A DNA stretch of 64,000 bases from an uncultured Bacteroides sp. (GCF_910578895.1 NZ_CAJTSC010000010.1:9818-73817); one strand, 5' to 3'. Positions 9,319-18,830 are shown, numbered from the stretch's first letter. The notes: generated by a model not told the origin, from the letters alone. Translations and numbers: made by a program.

Positions 9319-11172
9319 TTATTCCTGGCTTTTGATGTTCTCGTCCACCACCTTTATCTTTTCTTTCACGAGTTCGATATCAGCTTTCAGCTTTTCCACT
9401 TTGCGGTTGATTTCCGTCAGCAGGCTGTTGCCTTTTTTGGAAGCCGCTGTCAGGAAGCCGAGGTTGTTTTCGTATGTCTGCAACTCGTTCTTCATATTGT
9501 CGTAGGCGCGTGCCAGCTTTTCACGTTCCCGGTAAAGCGCTTGCGGGCTACCTTCCTGGATGGAGCTGATAGACGATTTGAAGTTGCTCAATTTCTTGTT
9601 GGAAGCGCTGATGTTGAAGCGTTCAAACAGTTTGTCTATCCGGCTGTGGTATTGTTTGTATACCTTGTCTTTCTCTTTGAACGGCACATGCCCTATGCCG
9701 TTCCACTCTTTCATGAGTTCGCGAACCGACTGGGTGGCTTCCTCCACTTCCATCGCTTCGTCAATCGCAGCCAGCTTTTCGATGATGGCTTTCTTCTTTT
9801 CCAGGTTCTCCTGTTCGACTGAGCGTTGTGAAGAGGTCGCCTTGTTCTTCTGTTCGAAGAAGTAGTCGCATGCCGAAATGAATCGTTTCCATACGGCGTC
9901 CGAATGTTTCTTGGCAACCGGACCCACCGTTTTCCACTCTTTCTGGAGTTTGCTCAGCGCTTCTGCTGTTGCCTTCCAGTCGGTGCTGTCTTTCAGCGCT
10001 TCCGCTTTCTCGCACAAGGCGCGTTTCTTTTCCAGGTTTTCGTTCATGCCCTCTTTCAGCGCCTTGAAGAACTCGCCTTTCTTCTGGAAGAAATCATCGC
10101 AGGCTTTGCGGAAGCGTTCGAATATTTTCACGTTCATCTTTTGCGGGGCAAAGCCGATGGTTTTCCATTTGTTTTGCAGGGCGATGATTTCCTGTGTCTT
10201 GTTCTCCCAGGCGGTGAAGTTGGCGAGTTCGCCGTAGTCGATGGCTTCGATGATTTCGCAAATCACCGTTTTCTGGTCGAGATTGTGTTGCTCGCTCTCT
10301 TTCAGTGCTTCGAAGTGTTGCTGGTGGCGGCGGTTCACGGCAGTGGAGGCTGTCTTGAAGCGCGTCCATATCTCTTCGCGCAGCTCTTTGGCAACCGGAC
10401 CCGTATCGCGGAACTCCTGGTGCAGCTTCTGCAATTGGTGGAAGGCGGAAACCACATCCGGTTCGGTTGCCAGTTTTTCGGCGGCTTCGCACAGGTGGTT
10501 CTTTATCTCAAGGTTCTTCTTGAAGTCATATTCGCGGAACTCGCTGTTCAGCTTCAGGAGGTCGTAGAATTTTTCAACGTACAACTGGTAGTTCTTCCAC
10601 AGCTCGTTGACCTTGGCTTGCGGCACAAATGTCACCTCGTTCCATTGCTGCTGCAATTTCTTGAACTCCGTATAGTTCTTGTTGGCATCTTCCGGCGACT
10701 CTACCAGTTCTTTCAGCTCCTCGATGATGGAGAGCTTGATTTGCAGGTTGAGTTCCTTCTGCTTCTCTTGCTCTGCATTGAGTGCGCTTCTTTTCTCTTT
10801 GATGACGGACATGGTATTTTTGAATTCATCTTCCAAAGCATCGGCTTGTGGAACAAACTCTTCAATAGTTCCTCCATTTTCAACAAATTGCTTCCTTGCG
10901 GCTTCTTGTTCCGAGTTGTGTAGCTTGTAGAAAGCCTGTTTCAAACCGTCTATCTCCGATTTTGCCACATTCTCCACGTCTGCCATAATCTCTTTGAGTT
11001 TATGCAGGATTTCCTCTTTGGTAAGCTTTTGGACCGGTTCCGCCGGCTTTTCAGTCAAGTTTCCCTCAGCAGGAGTCTCTGTTGCTGCCGGTTCGGAAAC
11101 CTCTGCTGTTCTCTTGTCTTCTTCTAATTCCACCGGTTTGTCGGGGAGATTAGTGTCATGAGTGTCCGTCAT
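9319..11172 (-). CDS. DUF349 domain-containing protein
   Basis: 617-aa charged helical protein with repeated W..F...C..FF units (EIWTRFKTASTAV, IFERFRKACDDFF, AVWKRFISACDYFF). Confidence 0.75.
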   Translation of the reverse strand: MTDTHDTNLPDKPVELEEDKRTAEVSEPAATETPAEGNLTEKPAEPVQKLTKEEILHKLKEIMADVENVAKSEIDGLKQAFYKLHNSEQEAARKQFVENGGTIEEFVPQADALEDEFKNTMSVIKEKRSALNAEQEKQKELNLQIKLSIIEELKELVESPEDANKNYTEFKKLQQQWNEVTFVPQAKVNELWKNYQLYVEKFYDLLKLNSEFREYDFKKNLEIKNHLCEAAEKLATEPDVVSAFHQLQKLHQEFRDTGPVAKELREEIWTRFKTASTAVNRRHQQHFEALKESEQHNLDQKTVICEIIEAIDYGELANFTAWENKTQEIIALQNKWKTIGFAPQKMNVKIFERFRKACDDFFQKKGEFFKALKEGMNENLEKKRALCEKAEALKDSTDWKATAEALSKLQKEWKTVGPVAKKHSDAVWKRFISACDYFFEQKNKATSSQRSVEQENLEKKKAIIEKLAAIDEAMEVEEATQSVRELMKEWNGIGHVPFKEKDKVYKQYHSRIDKLFERFNISASNKKLSNFKSSISSIQEGSPQALYREREKLARAYDNMKNELQTYENNLGFLTAASKKGNSLLTEINRKVEKLKADIELVKEKIKVVDENIKSQE

Positions 11173-11311
11173 TTGTATTTACTTTTTATAAACGGGATAC
11201 CCCGTTCGGGTTACATTAGGCTACAAATTAATGAAATAAAATGATTACTTCATACTTTTTTTGTCTCTTTTTTGTTTTCGGCATGCTCTTTCCTTCTCCT
11301 TTCGTGAAAGG

Positions 11312-12658
11312 CTAAGCCAGCAGCACCGTAATCCCCATATACATCATCATGCCGATAATGTCGTTGGTGATGGATATGAACGGGCCTGTGGCGATGGCGG
11401 GGTCCACTTTCAGCTTTTCGAGGGTCATGGGAACCAGCGTGCCGAATATGGAGGCGAACATGACGACGGCAAACAGGCTGATGGATACCGAATAAGTGAC
11501 CGTTGCCGTGCCGCCGAACCGCACGAAGTTGTATATGTATACCAGCAGGGATATGATAGTGGCATTGATTGCCGCCACTACGGCTTCTTTGGCAACCTGC
11601 TTGAACGTGTCTTTGGCGTCCAGCGAGCTGTTGGCAAGTCCCTGCACGATGATTGCCGATGATTGGGTTCCTACGTTTCCGCCCGTACCGCCGATCAGCG
11701 GGATGTACAGCGCCATTTCGGGATGGGCGGCGAAGGTCGCGTCAAAATTGCCCAGTATCATGGAGTTGCCGATGCCGCCCAGCATGCCGATAAGCAGCCA
11801 GGGCAGGCGTGCTGACGTCTGGCGCATGACGTTATCGTCCGTTTCCACGTCTTGCGACAGACCGGATGCCAGCTGGTAATCGCGTTCCGACTGCTCGCGC
11901 ACCTCGTCCATGACGTCGTCTACCGTAATCTGCCCTACCAGGCGCCCTATGCTGTCTACGACGGGAACCGCCACCAAGTCATATTTCTCGATAATCTGCA
12001 CCACCTCGTCCGTGGGCGTGTCCACATGGACCGAAATGGGATCCTTCCTCATCACGTGCTTCACTTTGGAGACGGAAGGCGAGGTAATCATCTTCTTCAG
12101 CGGGAACACGCCCTGCAGGCGCTCGTCGTCGTCGATGACGTACACGTAATAGATTTCGTCCAGCTGCTCCGCCTGCAGGCGCATTTCCTTCAGGCATTCC
12201 GGCATACTCCAGTTCTCGTTGACGGTCACCATTTCCGTGCCCATCAAGCCGCCGGCGGTGTCTTCGTCATACTTCAACAGGTCCACGATGTCTCCCGCCT
12301 GCTCTATGTCCTCGATGTGCGAGAGCACTTCCTCCTTTTTCTCCTCGTCGAGGTCGCGCATCAGGTCCACGGCGTCGTCCGTGTCCATGTAGTCCACAAA
12401 CCGTTTGGCGATGGTTTCCGAGGGCAGGAGCTCCAGAAATTCCTTCCGGACATCCTCGTCCATTTCCACCAGCACGTCGGCGGCTGTCTCGTTGTCGAGG
12501 AGACGGTACACGAAGCGCGCCTCTTCCGGCGCCAGGTCATTGCACAACTCGGCGATATCCGCCGGATGCAGGTCGATAAGAAGCGCCTTGACGTTTTCCG
12601 CATCTTTTTGGTCTATAAAGCTTTTGACTCTATCTATGTATTCTTCGTCCATTTCCAT
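11312..12658 (-). CDS. mgtE: Magnesium transporter MgtE
   Basis: 448 aa with an N-terminal MgtE-N domain, tandem CBS domains and a C-terminal TM domain (GNVGTQSSAI, PFISITNDIIG). Confidence 0.9.
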   Translation of the reverse strand: MEMDEEYIDRVKSFIDQKDAENVKALLIDLHPADIAELCNDLAPEEARFVYRLLDNETAADVLVEMDEDVRKEFLELLPSETIAKRFVDYMDTDDAVDLMRDLDEEKKEEVLSHIEDIEQAGDIVDLLKYDEDTAGGLMGTEMVTVNENWSMPECLKEMRLQAEQLDEIYYVYVIDDDERLQGVFPLKKMITSPSVSKVKHVMRKDPISVHVDTPTDEVVQIIEKYDLVAVPVVDSIGRLVGQITVDDVMDEVREQSERDYQLASGLSQDVETDDNVMRQTSARLPWLLIGMLGGIGNSMILGNFDATFAAHPEMALYIPLIGGTGGNVGTQSSAIIVQGLANSSLDAKDTFKQVAKEAVVAAINATIISLLVYIYNFVRFGGTATVTYSVSISLFAVVMFASIFGTLVPMTLEKLKVDPAIATGPFISITNDIIGMMMYMGITVLLA

Positions 12659-12732
12659 GACTCATCGTATGTTGGTTTGTTTGCTCCTTCCCTTCCTTGT
12701 CCGTCCGTTTCCCGGTCTCTCTGTGCCTTCGT

Positions 12733-13536
12733 TCACTCCTCCTTCTTTGCCATCCCCTTCAACGCCGCTTCCACCCGGTTGGTCAGCGCTATGAACTGCT
12801 GCACGGACAGTTGTTCGGGTCGTTTGTCGAAGAGGGCGTCTTCCGTCAGCGGGCACTCTTTGCCCAATATCGGCTTTATGGAGTTGCGCAGGGTCTTCCG
12901 GCGCTGGTTGAAGGTGGTTTTCACCACCTGCCTGAACAGTTTTTCATCGCATCCCAGCTGCTGCGTGTCGTTGCGAGTCATGCGGATGACGGCGCTTTTC
13001 ACCTTGGGGGGCGGGTTGAATACATGCTCGCTCACGGTGAAGAGGTATTCCACGCGATACCACGCCTGTATCAGCACACTCAGGATGCCGTACGTCTTGC
13101 TGCCCGGACCGGCGGCGATGCGCTCGGCAACTTCCTTCTGAATCATGCCCGTGCAGCAGGGGATAAGCTCCTTGTTGTCCAGCATCTTGAAGAATATCTG
13201 GCTGGATATGTTGTACGGGTAGTTGCCCGTCAGCACGAAAGGCTGCCCGCCGAAAAGGCGCTGCAGGTTCATCTTCAGGAAATCGTCCTCTATGATGTTC
13301 TCCTCCAATTGCGGGTAGGCTTCCCGCAGGTATGCCACCGATTCGTAGTCCACCTCCACGACTTTTACCGTGCGCTCTTTGGGCAGGAGGAACTGCGTCA
13401 GCACACCCATGCCCGGTCCCACTTCCAGTACCGGAAGCCCGGGGCAGGCGTCTACGGTGTCGGCAATGTCCTGCGCCACTTTCAGGTCCTTCAGGAAGTG
13501 CTGGCCGAGAAACTTTTTAGGTTTAACTAATCTCAT
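12733..13536 (-). CDS. rsmA: 16S rRNA (adenine1518/1519-N6)-dimethyltransferase
   Basis: Starts MRLVKPKKFLGQHFL and has the SAM motif VLEVGPGMGVLT plus NYPYNISSQ. Confidence 0.9.
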   Translation of the reverse strand: MRLVKPKKFLGQHFLKDLKVAQDIADTVDACPGLPVLEVGPGMGVLTQFLLPKERTVKVVEVDYESVAYLREAYPQLEENIIEDDFLKMNLQRLFGGQPFVLTGNYPYNISSQIFFKMLDNKELIPCCTGMIQKEVAERIAAGPGSKTYGILSVLIQAWYRVEYLFTVSEHVFNPPPKVKSAVIRMTRNDTQQLGCDEKLFRQVVKTTFNQRRKTLRNSIKPILGKECPLTEDALFDKRPEQLSVQQFIALTNRVEAALKGMAKKEE

Positions 13537-13647
13537 GTATCAACTAAATCGTTACTTTTGCGGTTCAAAGGTAATCCTTTTCGGCGAATTATTGAAAGTA
13601 CAAACCGCAAATTACGATGTATGCCGGACGAATTTTAAGGGAAAACG

Positions 13648-14634
13648 ATGGATAAGATACTGAAAAAGACATTGAAAATCGTATTGCCCATCCTTCTGGG
13701 TGGTTTTATCTTGTATTGGGTATACCGTGATTTCGACTTTGGGCGTGCCGCGCAAGTGCTTCTGCACGGCACCGACTGGGGGTGGATGCTGGCATCGCTG
13801 TTCGTTGGCGTGATGAGCCATGTGTTTCGCGGATGGCGCTGGCGGCAGACGCTGGAGCCGTTGGGGGCTTATCCGAAGCGGAGCGACTGCGTGGACGCCA
13901 TCTTCATCTCGTACGCCGCCAACCTGGTGCTGCCCCGCGTGGGCGAGGTGTCGCGTTGCGGCGTGCTGGCAAAGTACGATGACGTCTCGTTCTCCAAATC
14001 CCTGGGCACGGTGGTCACCGAGCGGCTGCTCGACACCTTTTGCATCCTCTTGCTTGCGGGGCTGGCTTTCGGGTGGCAGATGCCCGTGTTTCTCCGTTTT
14101 TTTCAGGAGACCGGAACGAAAATACCTTCGCTGGCGCACCTGCTGGGCTCTCCCTGGTTCTATGTCTCCCTGTTCTGCGTCGTCGGCATATCGGTGCTGG
14201 CGTACTACCTGATGCGGATGCTCTCTTTCTTCGAGAAGGTGAAAGGCGTCGTGCTGAATATATGCGAGGGGGTGATGTCGCTTCGCGATGTGAGGAACAT
14301 CCCTTTGTTCGTCCTTTATACCTTACTTATATGGGCATGCTATTTCTATCATTTCTACCTCACTTTCCACTGCTTCTCCTTTGCGGAACACCTCGATGCC
14401 CGGGCTGCGCTGGTGATGTTTGTAGGCGGCACGTTTGCCGTGATAGTTCCCACGCCCAACGGGGCGGGACCGTGGCATTTTGCCGTTATCACCATGATGA
14501 TGCTTTATGGCGTGAACGCCACGGACGCGGGTGTCTTCGCGCTGATTGTGCACGGCATCCAGACGCTGCTGGTCGTGATGCTCGGCATTTATGGCGGGCT
14601 GCACGTCTCGCTGGCAAACCGCACGTCTCGTTGA
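13648..14634 (+). CDS. Flippase-like / lysylphosphatidylglycerol-synthase TM-domain (UPF0104) membrane protein
   Basis: 328-aa polytopic protein with RGWRW and PRVGEVSRC motifs typical of the family. Confidence 0.6.
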   Translation: MDKILKKTLKIVLPILLGGFILYWVYRDFDFGRAAQVLLHGTDWGWMLASLFVGVMSHVFRGWRWRQTLEPLGAYPKRSDCVDAIFISYAANLVLPRVGEVSRCGVLAKYDDVSFSKSLGTVVTERLLDTFCILLLAGLAFGWQMPVFLRFFQETGTKIPSLAHLLGSPWFYVSLFCVVGISVLAYYLMRMLSFFEKVKGVVLNICEGVMSLRDVRNIPLFVLYTLLIWACYFYHFYLTFHCFSFAEHLDARAALVMFVGGTFAVIVPTPNGAGPWHFAVITMMMLYGVNATDAGVFALIVHGIQTLLVVMLGIYGGLHVSLANRTSR

Positions 14635-14950
14635 TGGACCGCATCCTCTCGTCGGAGAACCGCATCTTCTCGTCGGAGAACCGCATGAAATGAGTTGGCT
14701 GCCGCCCTTCCTCGCTGCGGAAGCGGCGCGTTGCTGCCGCCTGTCCCGACATTTTGACAATCTGTATTTTCCAACGCCTTAGAATCGTTTGTTTCCGTCC
14801 CAAGGTGCGGTTGGCGGGAAAAAACGAAACGGGAAACGGTTATCTTGCACACATACAGCCCGATAGCGAAATGCTTACAAACCAACCGGTCGGGAAAAGC
14901 GGCGGAAAACGCCGCCATCGGGCTTCTCTGCCGGTAGGCATTGACACCTG

Positions 14951-15060
14951 TCGCGATAGGCAATAGTGTTTCTCGTGATAGACGGTAGCGTCCCTCGCGA
15001 TAGACAGTAGTGTTCCTCGCGATAAACAGTAGTGTCTGACGCGATAGACATTGGCATCTG
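14951..15060. repeat. 22-bp tandem repeat x5 (TCGCGATAGACAGTAGTGTTCC consensus)
   Basis: Five consecutive units are directly visible. The units abut with no spacers, so this is not a CRISPR array. Confidence 0.8.
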
Positions 15061-15220
15061 TCGGCAGAAACGCCTGCATCCGACTGCCGTAACGCCTGCA
15101 TCCCGCCACCGCAACACCCCGGACCTGCATAAACAGTGCATATCCATCGGAAAAAGGAGCATATTCATGCACGCCCTATGCAATGCTTTTCTATTTCGGA
15201 AGAGAGCGGGAAGGACACAA

Positions 15221-15251
15221 GACAGGAAAAAGGCGGATTTCCTGTCTTTTT
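15221..15251 (+). terminator. Orphan intrinsic terminator
   Basis: Stem gacaggaaa / tttcctgtc followed by ttttt. It lies about 590 nt from the nearest upstream plus-strand CDS. Confidence 0.55.
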
Positions 15252-15256
15252 GATAC

Positions 15257-15634
15257 CACGGCTTTGGGGTTACGGCTCTTTTATTTACGGAGGTTACGGT
15301 TCTTTCATTTACCGGGGGTACGCTTCTTTTATTTACAGGGTCGTGGCTCTTTCATTTGCAGGAGTGGAAGGGGTGTCGGGAGTTATAGGGGCTAAAAGGA
15401 GTTATCAGCCGCCCGGTCGGCTTGGTAGTCAAAGCCGATACTTCTATAACAATGCCATACACAAGCGTATCGGCTCTAATTCCTCTAATTCCTTTAACTC
15501 CTCTAACTCCCTTGACTCCTTTAATTTCTTTAACTCCTCTAACTCCTTTAACTTCTCCTGGCGAAGCGACACGAAAGGATACTCCTCTAACTCCTTTTTT
15601 CCCCCTCTAACTCCCCCGAATGCAAAAGCCGTGT
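15257..15634. repeat. Family-1 palindromic element with a tandemly amplified left terminus
   Basis: It has four ~24-bp terminus-like units (15270-15364). Next comes the central hairpin gccgatac...gtatcggc. A run of TAACTCCTY 9-mers follows, and the right terminus is cccgaatgcaaaagccgtg. Confidence 0.7.
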
Positions 15635-15687
15635 GCCTGTAAACGAAAAAAGCCGTGGACTTTTATGCGTTATTCGGAATAAATGAT

Positions 15688-15695
15688 TATTTTTG
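15688..15695 (+). promoter_or_regulatory. Candidate -7 box (TATTTTTG)
   Basis: Matches TAnnTTTG, 19 nt upstream of the ATG at 15714. I saw no clean TTTG -33 box. Confidence 0.35.
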
Positions 15696-15713
15696 TGTGA
15701 AAGTGAACCATGT

Positions 15714-16538
15714 ATGAGAAACACGATTAAATCCTCGATAGCCGCCGCTGCATTGCTGGCGTTGTCGGTTTGCGCAGATGCACAGTCTTTCCGCCAGGTG
15801 TTGAAGTCCCCTGCCGGCACAATCAGGTCGGAATGGGCAACAGGTGCCGACGGCAACCGGGTGCTGAACTACTACAACGAAGATTATTGCGACTATTACC
15901 TGCACAGGATAAGCGACGACGCTTATCGGCTGAAACCCGGCAAGACAGCCATTGTCAAGAAGGGGGCGGAGTACATCAATGCTTTCAACGGGCCCGCTAC
16001 GTATAGTTATTACCGCGGATACTTCCCGAGAGACTTCAACATCCATACGCCCTACGCGCTTCCGGTGAAGAACGGCACGCGCACCGCGTGGAGGGCAGAC
16101 AGGCGCGAGTCCGTCAGGACCTTGCAGTTCCGCATGGAGCCGGGCGATACCGTCTACGCCACCCGTGGCGGAACGGCGTGCAGCACGGTGCATCCCAACC
16201 TGTTGCTGGTGTGCCATGCCGACCAGACTTTTGCCGCCTACCTCACCCTGAAGGAGAACTTCGTCTTGCCCGGCGAGGCGGTGCGCACGGGGCAGCCCGT
16301 GGGGATAGCTGGTTCGGTAGGTGTGGCCATCTCCTTCTTCTTCCTCGACAAGAACAAGTTCAACGGGCACGAAGCGGTAGGGTATGCCTATTCGCACTTT
16401 ACGCCGGTGTTCCGTACCACGGAAGGCGACGTGAAGCCGGTGGAGAGGAAAATGTACGGCGCCCTTGTCGACGACGGGCTTATCATGCTGGACATGAACA
16501 AGCGCGAACAGAAGAAATACCTGAAAAACAAGCAATGA
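15714..16538 (+). CDS. Secreted M23/LytM-like protein, possibly catalytically degenerate
   Basis: Signal peptide MRNTIKSSIAAAALLALSVCADAQS. The segment GDTVYATRGGT...LLVCHADQTFAAYLTLK...GQPVGIAG follows the M23 core pattern, but I see no HxH. Confidence 0.45.
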   Translation: MRNTIKSSIAAAALLALSVCADAQSFRQVLKSPAGTIRSEWATGADGNRVLNYYNEDYCDYYLHRISDDAYRLKPGKTAIVKKGAEYINAFNGPATYSYYRGYFPRDFNIHTPYALPVKNGTRTAWRADRRESVRTLQFRMEPGDTVYATRGGTACSTVHPNLLLVCHADQTFAAYLTLKENFVLPGEAVRTGQPVGIAGSVGVAISFFFLDKNKFNGHEAVGYAYSHFTPVFRTTEGDVKPVERKMYGALVDDGLIMLDMNKREQKKYLKNKQ

Positions 16539-16539
16539 C

Positions 16540-17322
16540 ATGAGACTTTCATTATTCGTCTGCTGGATGTATGCCTTCTGCTGCGCGGCAGTGGCGCAGG
16601 GTTTGCAGATACGCTATGCCGGCGACCCTCTGCCGGAAAAAGATAAGGCATGGATAGAGCGTTTCCTTGCCTGCGAGATAGAGTTTTATGCACGCTTTGG
16701 GCTGCGCGACACCACCGGTTTGCAACTGACCGTGTTCGAGAAGCGGCAGGATGCCTGGAACTATCTGGACAGCCTGAAAATCCCGTTGTCATCCTTAAAC
16801 ACTTCCGGGATGTACATTCCGCGCAGGAGGGAGGTGGTCATCCTGGGGCGTGAGAAACAGCAGGAGCAGGTTTTGAAGTTCATCGTCCACGAGTTGGCGC
16901 ACCACCTGAGCCGCCGGACCGTGAAGTGGATGCCGGGATGGCTGAGCGAAGGCTTGTCCGAGTATTTCGAGCATTGCCGGCTGGGGAAGAAAGGGCTTAA
17001 GCATACGTTCGGCGACTATGAACTGGGGCGGATACGGACCATGTATATGCTGGGCGAGGTGGACCTGAAACCGTTCGTGGACAATGCCGACGGCGATTTC
17101 CGCCGGAAGCTGCATACCGATGAGTCGTATGCCTATATCCTGTCGCATGCGTTGGTCGCCTTCGGGCTTGAAGTAGCCGAAAAGGAGTTCATGGAAAACC
17201 TGATAGCTATGCTGAACAAGCGGGGACCGGCTGTGCGCTGTTCGCAACTGATAGACGAGGCATACCCCGGAGGTTTCGTGCGGTTTGAGCGGGACTTTGC
17301 CGAATTTTACAATTCCCGTTAG
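16540..17322 (+). CDS. Secreted MA-clan zinc-peptidase-like protein (HExxH + WLSEG)
   Basis: Signal peptide MRLSLFVCWMYAFCCAAVAQG. The motif HELAHH is followed 16 residues later by E in GWLSEGLSEYFE. The ATG lies 1 nt after the upstream stop. Confidence 0.5.
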   Translation: MRLSLFVCWMYAFCCAAVAQGLQIRYAGDPLPEKDKAWIERFLACEIEFYARFGLRDTTGLQLTVFEKRQDAWNYLDSLKIPLSSLNTSGMYIPRRREVVILGREKQQEQVLKFIVHELAHHLSRRTVKWMPGWLSEGLSEYFEHCRLGKKGLKHTFGDYELGRIRTMYMLGEVDLKPFVDNADGDFRRKLHTDESYAYILSHALVAFGLEVAEKEFMENLIAMLNKRGPAVRCSQLIDEAYPGGFVRFERDFAEFYNSR

Positions 17323-17372
17323 GACGATATTGAAAAATAACACGTATATTTGCGAAAACAACTTTTATAATT

Positions 17373-18830
17373 ATGAGTACAATCTTACAGTTGGCTCCAC
17401 AGAATGTGTGGAAGCATTTCTATTCGCTGACTCAGATACCCCGTCCGTCAGGACACATGGAGAGAATAACTGAGTTCCTGATAAACTTCGGTAAGGAGTT
17501 GGGGCTGGAATCGTTTGCCGATGAGGCGGGCAATGTCATCATCCGTAAGCCTGCCACTCCGGGCATGGAAAACCGTAAAGGGGTTATCCTGCAGGTACAC
17601 ATGGACATGGTGCCGCAGAAGAACAACGATACCGTGCACGATTTTGCCACAGACCCTATCCGGACATACATCGACGGCGACTGGGTGAAGGCGGAGGGCA
17701 CTACGCTGGGCGCGGACAACGGCTTGGGCGTGGCGGCCATCATGGCTGTGCTTGAGGCGAAAGACCTGAAACACGGTCCGCTGGAAGCGTTGATTACCAA
17801 AGACGAGGAAACGGGCATGTACGGTGCGTTCGGGTTGAAGCCGGGCACGCTGGACGGTGAAATCCTGCTGAACCTCGACTCGGAAGATGAGGGGGAACTC
17901 TATATCGGCTGTGCCGGCGGCATCGACATCACGGCAACGCTGGAATATAAGGAAGAGGCGCCTGCCGCCGACTTCGTGGCACGCCGGATTACGTTGAAGG
18001 GCTTGCGTGGTGGACACTCCGGACTGGAAATCAATCAGGGACGCGGCAATGCCAATAAGTTGCTTGCGCGCGTGGTGCACGATTTGCTGATGGAGTTCGA
18101 CTGCCAGTTGGCAAGCTTCGAAGGCGGCAATATGCGCAATGCCATCCCGCGCGAGGCGCATGCCGTGCTGGTGTTCAATCCCGAAGATATCGAAGGATTG
18201 GAAGAGTATATCAAGGAGTATGAAGCACAAATCAACGAGGAATATGCTTCGATTGAAGAAGGAATTACCTTGCAGGCGGAAACAGTGGATTTGCCCGCAG
18301 CCGTTGTTCCCGAGGAGATTCAGGACAATATGATCAGTGTACTGATGGCTTGCCAGAACGGTGTGATGCGTATGATTCCTACCGTTCCCGACACGGTGGA
18401 GACCTCTTCCAACCTTGCCATTGTGACGATTGGAAGCGGCAAGGCGGATGTCCGCATATTGGCACGCAGCTCTTGCGACACGATGAAGGATTTCCTGGCA
18501 GACAGCCTGACGGCATGTTTCTCCATGGCGGGTATGAAGGTCGAGTTGAGTGGTGGCTACTCCGGCTGGCAGCCTAATGTGGATTCTCCCATCCTGCATG
18601 CCATGACGTTGTCTTATAAGCAGCAATTCGGCGTGGAGCCGGCCGTGAAGGTAATCCATGCGGGGCTGGAGTGCGGAATTATCGGTGCCAACTGCCCGGG
18701 GCTTGATATGATTTCTTTCGGTCCTACTTTGCGCTCGCCGCATTCGCCCGATGAACGTGCGTACATTCCGTCCGTGACGAAGTTCTACGACTTCCTGGTT
18801 GCGACGCTGGAGCAGACTCCGGAAAAATAA
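17373..18830 (+). CDS. pepD: Aminoacyl-histidine (Xaa-His) dipeptidase PepD
   Basis: 485-aa M20-family protein with PepD-type motifs (IPRPSGH, HMDMV, TKDEETGM, GLECG). Confidence 0.9.
   Translation: MSTILQLAPQNVWKHFYSLTQIPRPSGHMERITEFLINFGKELGLESFADEAGNVIIRKPATPGMENRKGVILQVHMDMVPQKNNDTVHDFATDPIRTYIDGDWVKAEGTTLGADNGLGVAAIMAVLEAKDLKHGPLEALITKDEETGMYGAFGLKPGTLDGEILLNLDSEDEGELYIGCAGGIDITATLEYKEEAPAADFVARRITLKGLRGGHSGLEINQGRGNANKLLARVVHDLLMEFDCQLASFEGGNMRNAIPREAHAVLVFNPEDIEGLEEYIKEYEAQINEEYASIEEGITLQAETVDLPAAVVPEEIQDNMISVLMACQNGVMRMIPTVPDTVETSSNLAIVTIGSGKADVRILARSSCDTMKDFLADSLTACFSMAGMKVELSGGYSGWQPNVDSPILHAMTLSYKQQFGVEPAVKVIHAGLECGIIGANCPGLDMISFGPTLRSPHSPDERAYIPSVTKFYDFLVATLEQTPEK

Noticed and set aside
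11173-11311. Riboswitch or leader elements upstream of mgtE, dxs, trkA or nuoA (M-box, TPP, c-di-AMP types).
   Set aside because: I could not recognise any conserved riboswitch core sequence by eye in these leaders. Exclusion would need a covariance-model scan (Rfam/Infernal).
14634-14693. 19-codon ORF (MDRILSSENRIFSSENRMK) overlapping the stop of the flippase-like gene (TGATG).
   Set aside because: The peptide is just the translation of an 18-nt direct duplication. I saw no independent signals, so I treat it as a repeat rather than a gene.
14951-15560. Possible CRISPR array, suggested by the regular short repeats (the 22-bp units at 14951-15060 and the TAACTCCTY 9-mers around 15476-15560).
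   Set aside because: The units are directly adjacent with no unique spacers. They are too short or degenerate, and there are no cas genes in the window.
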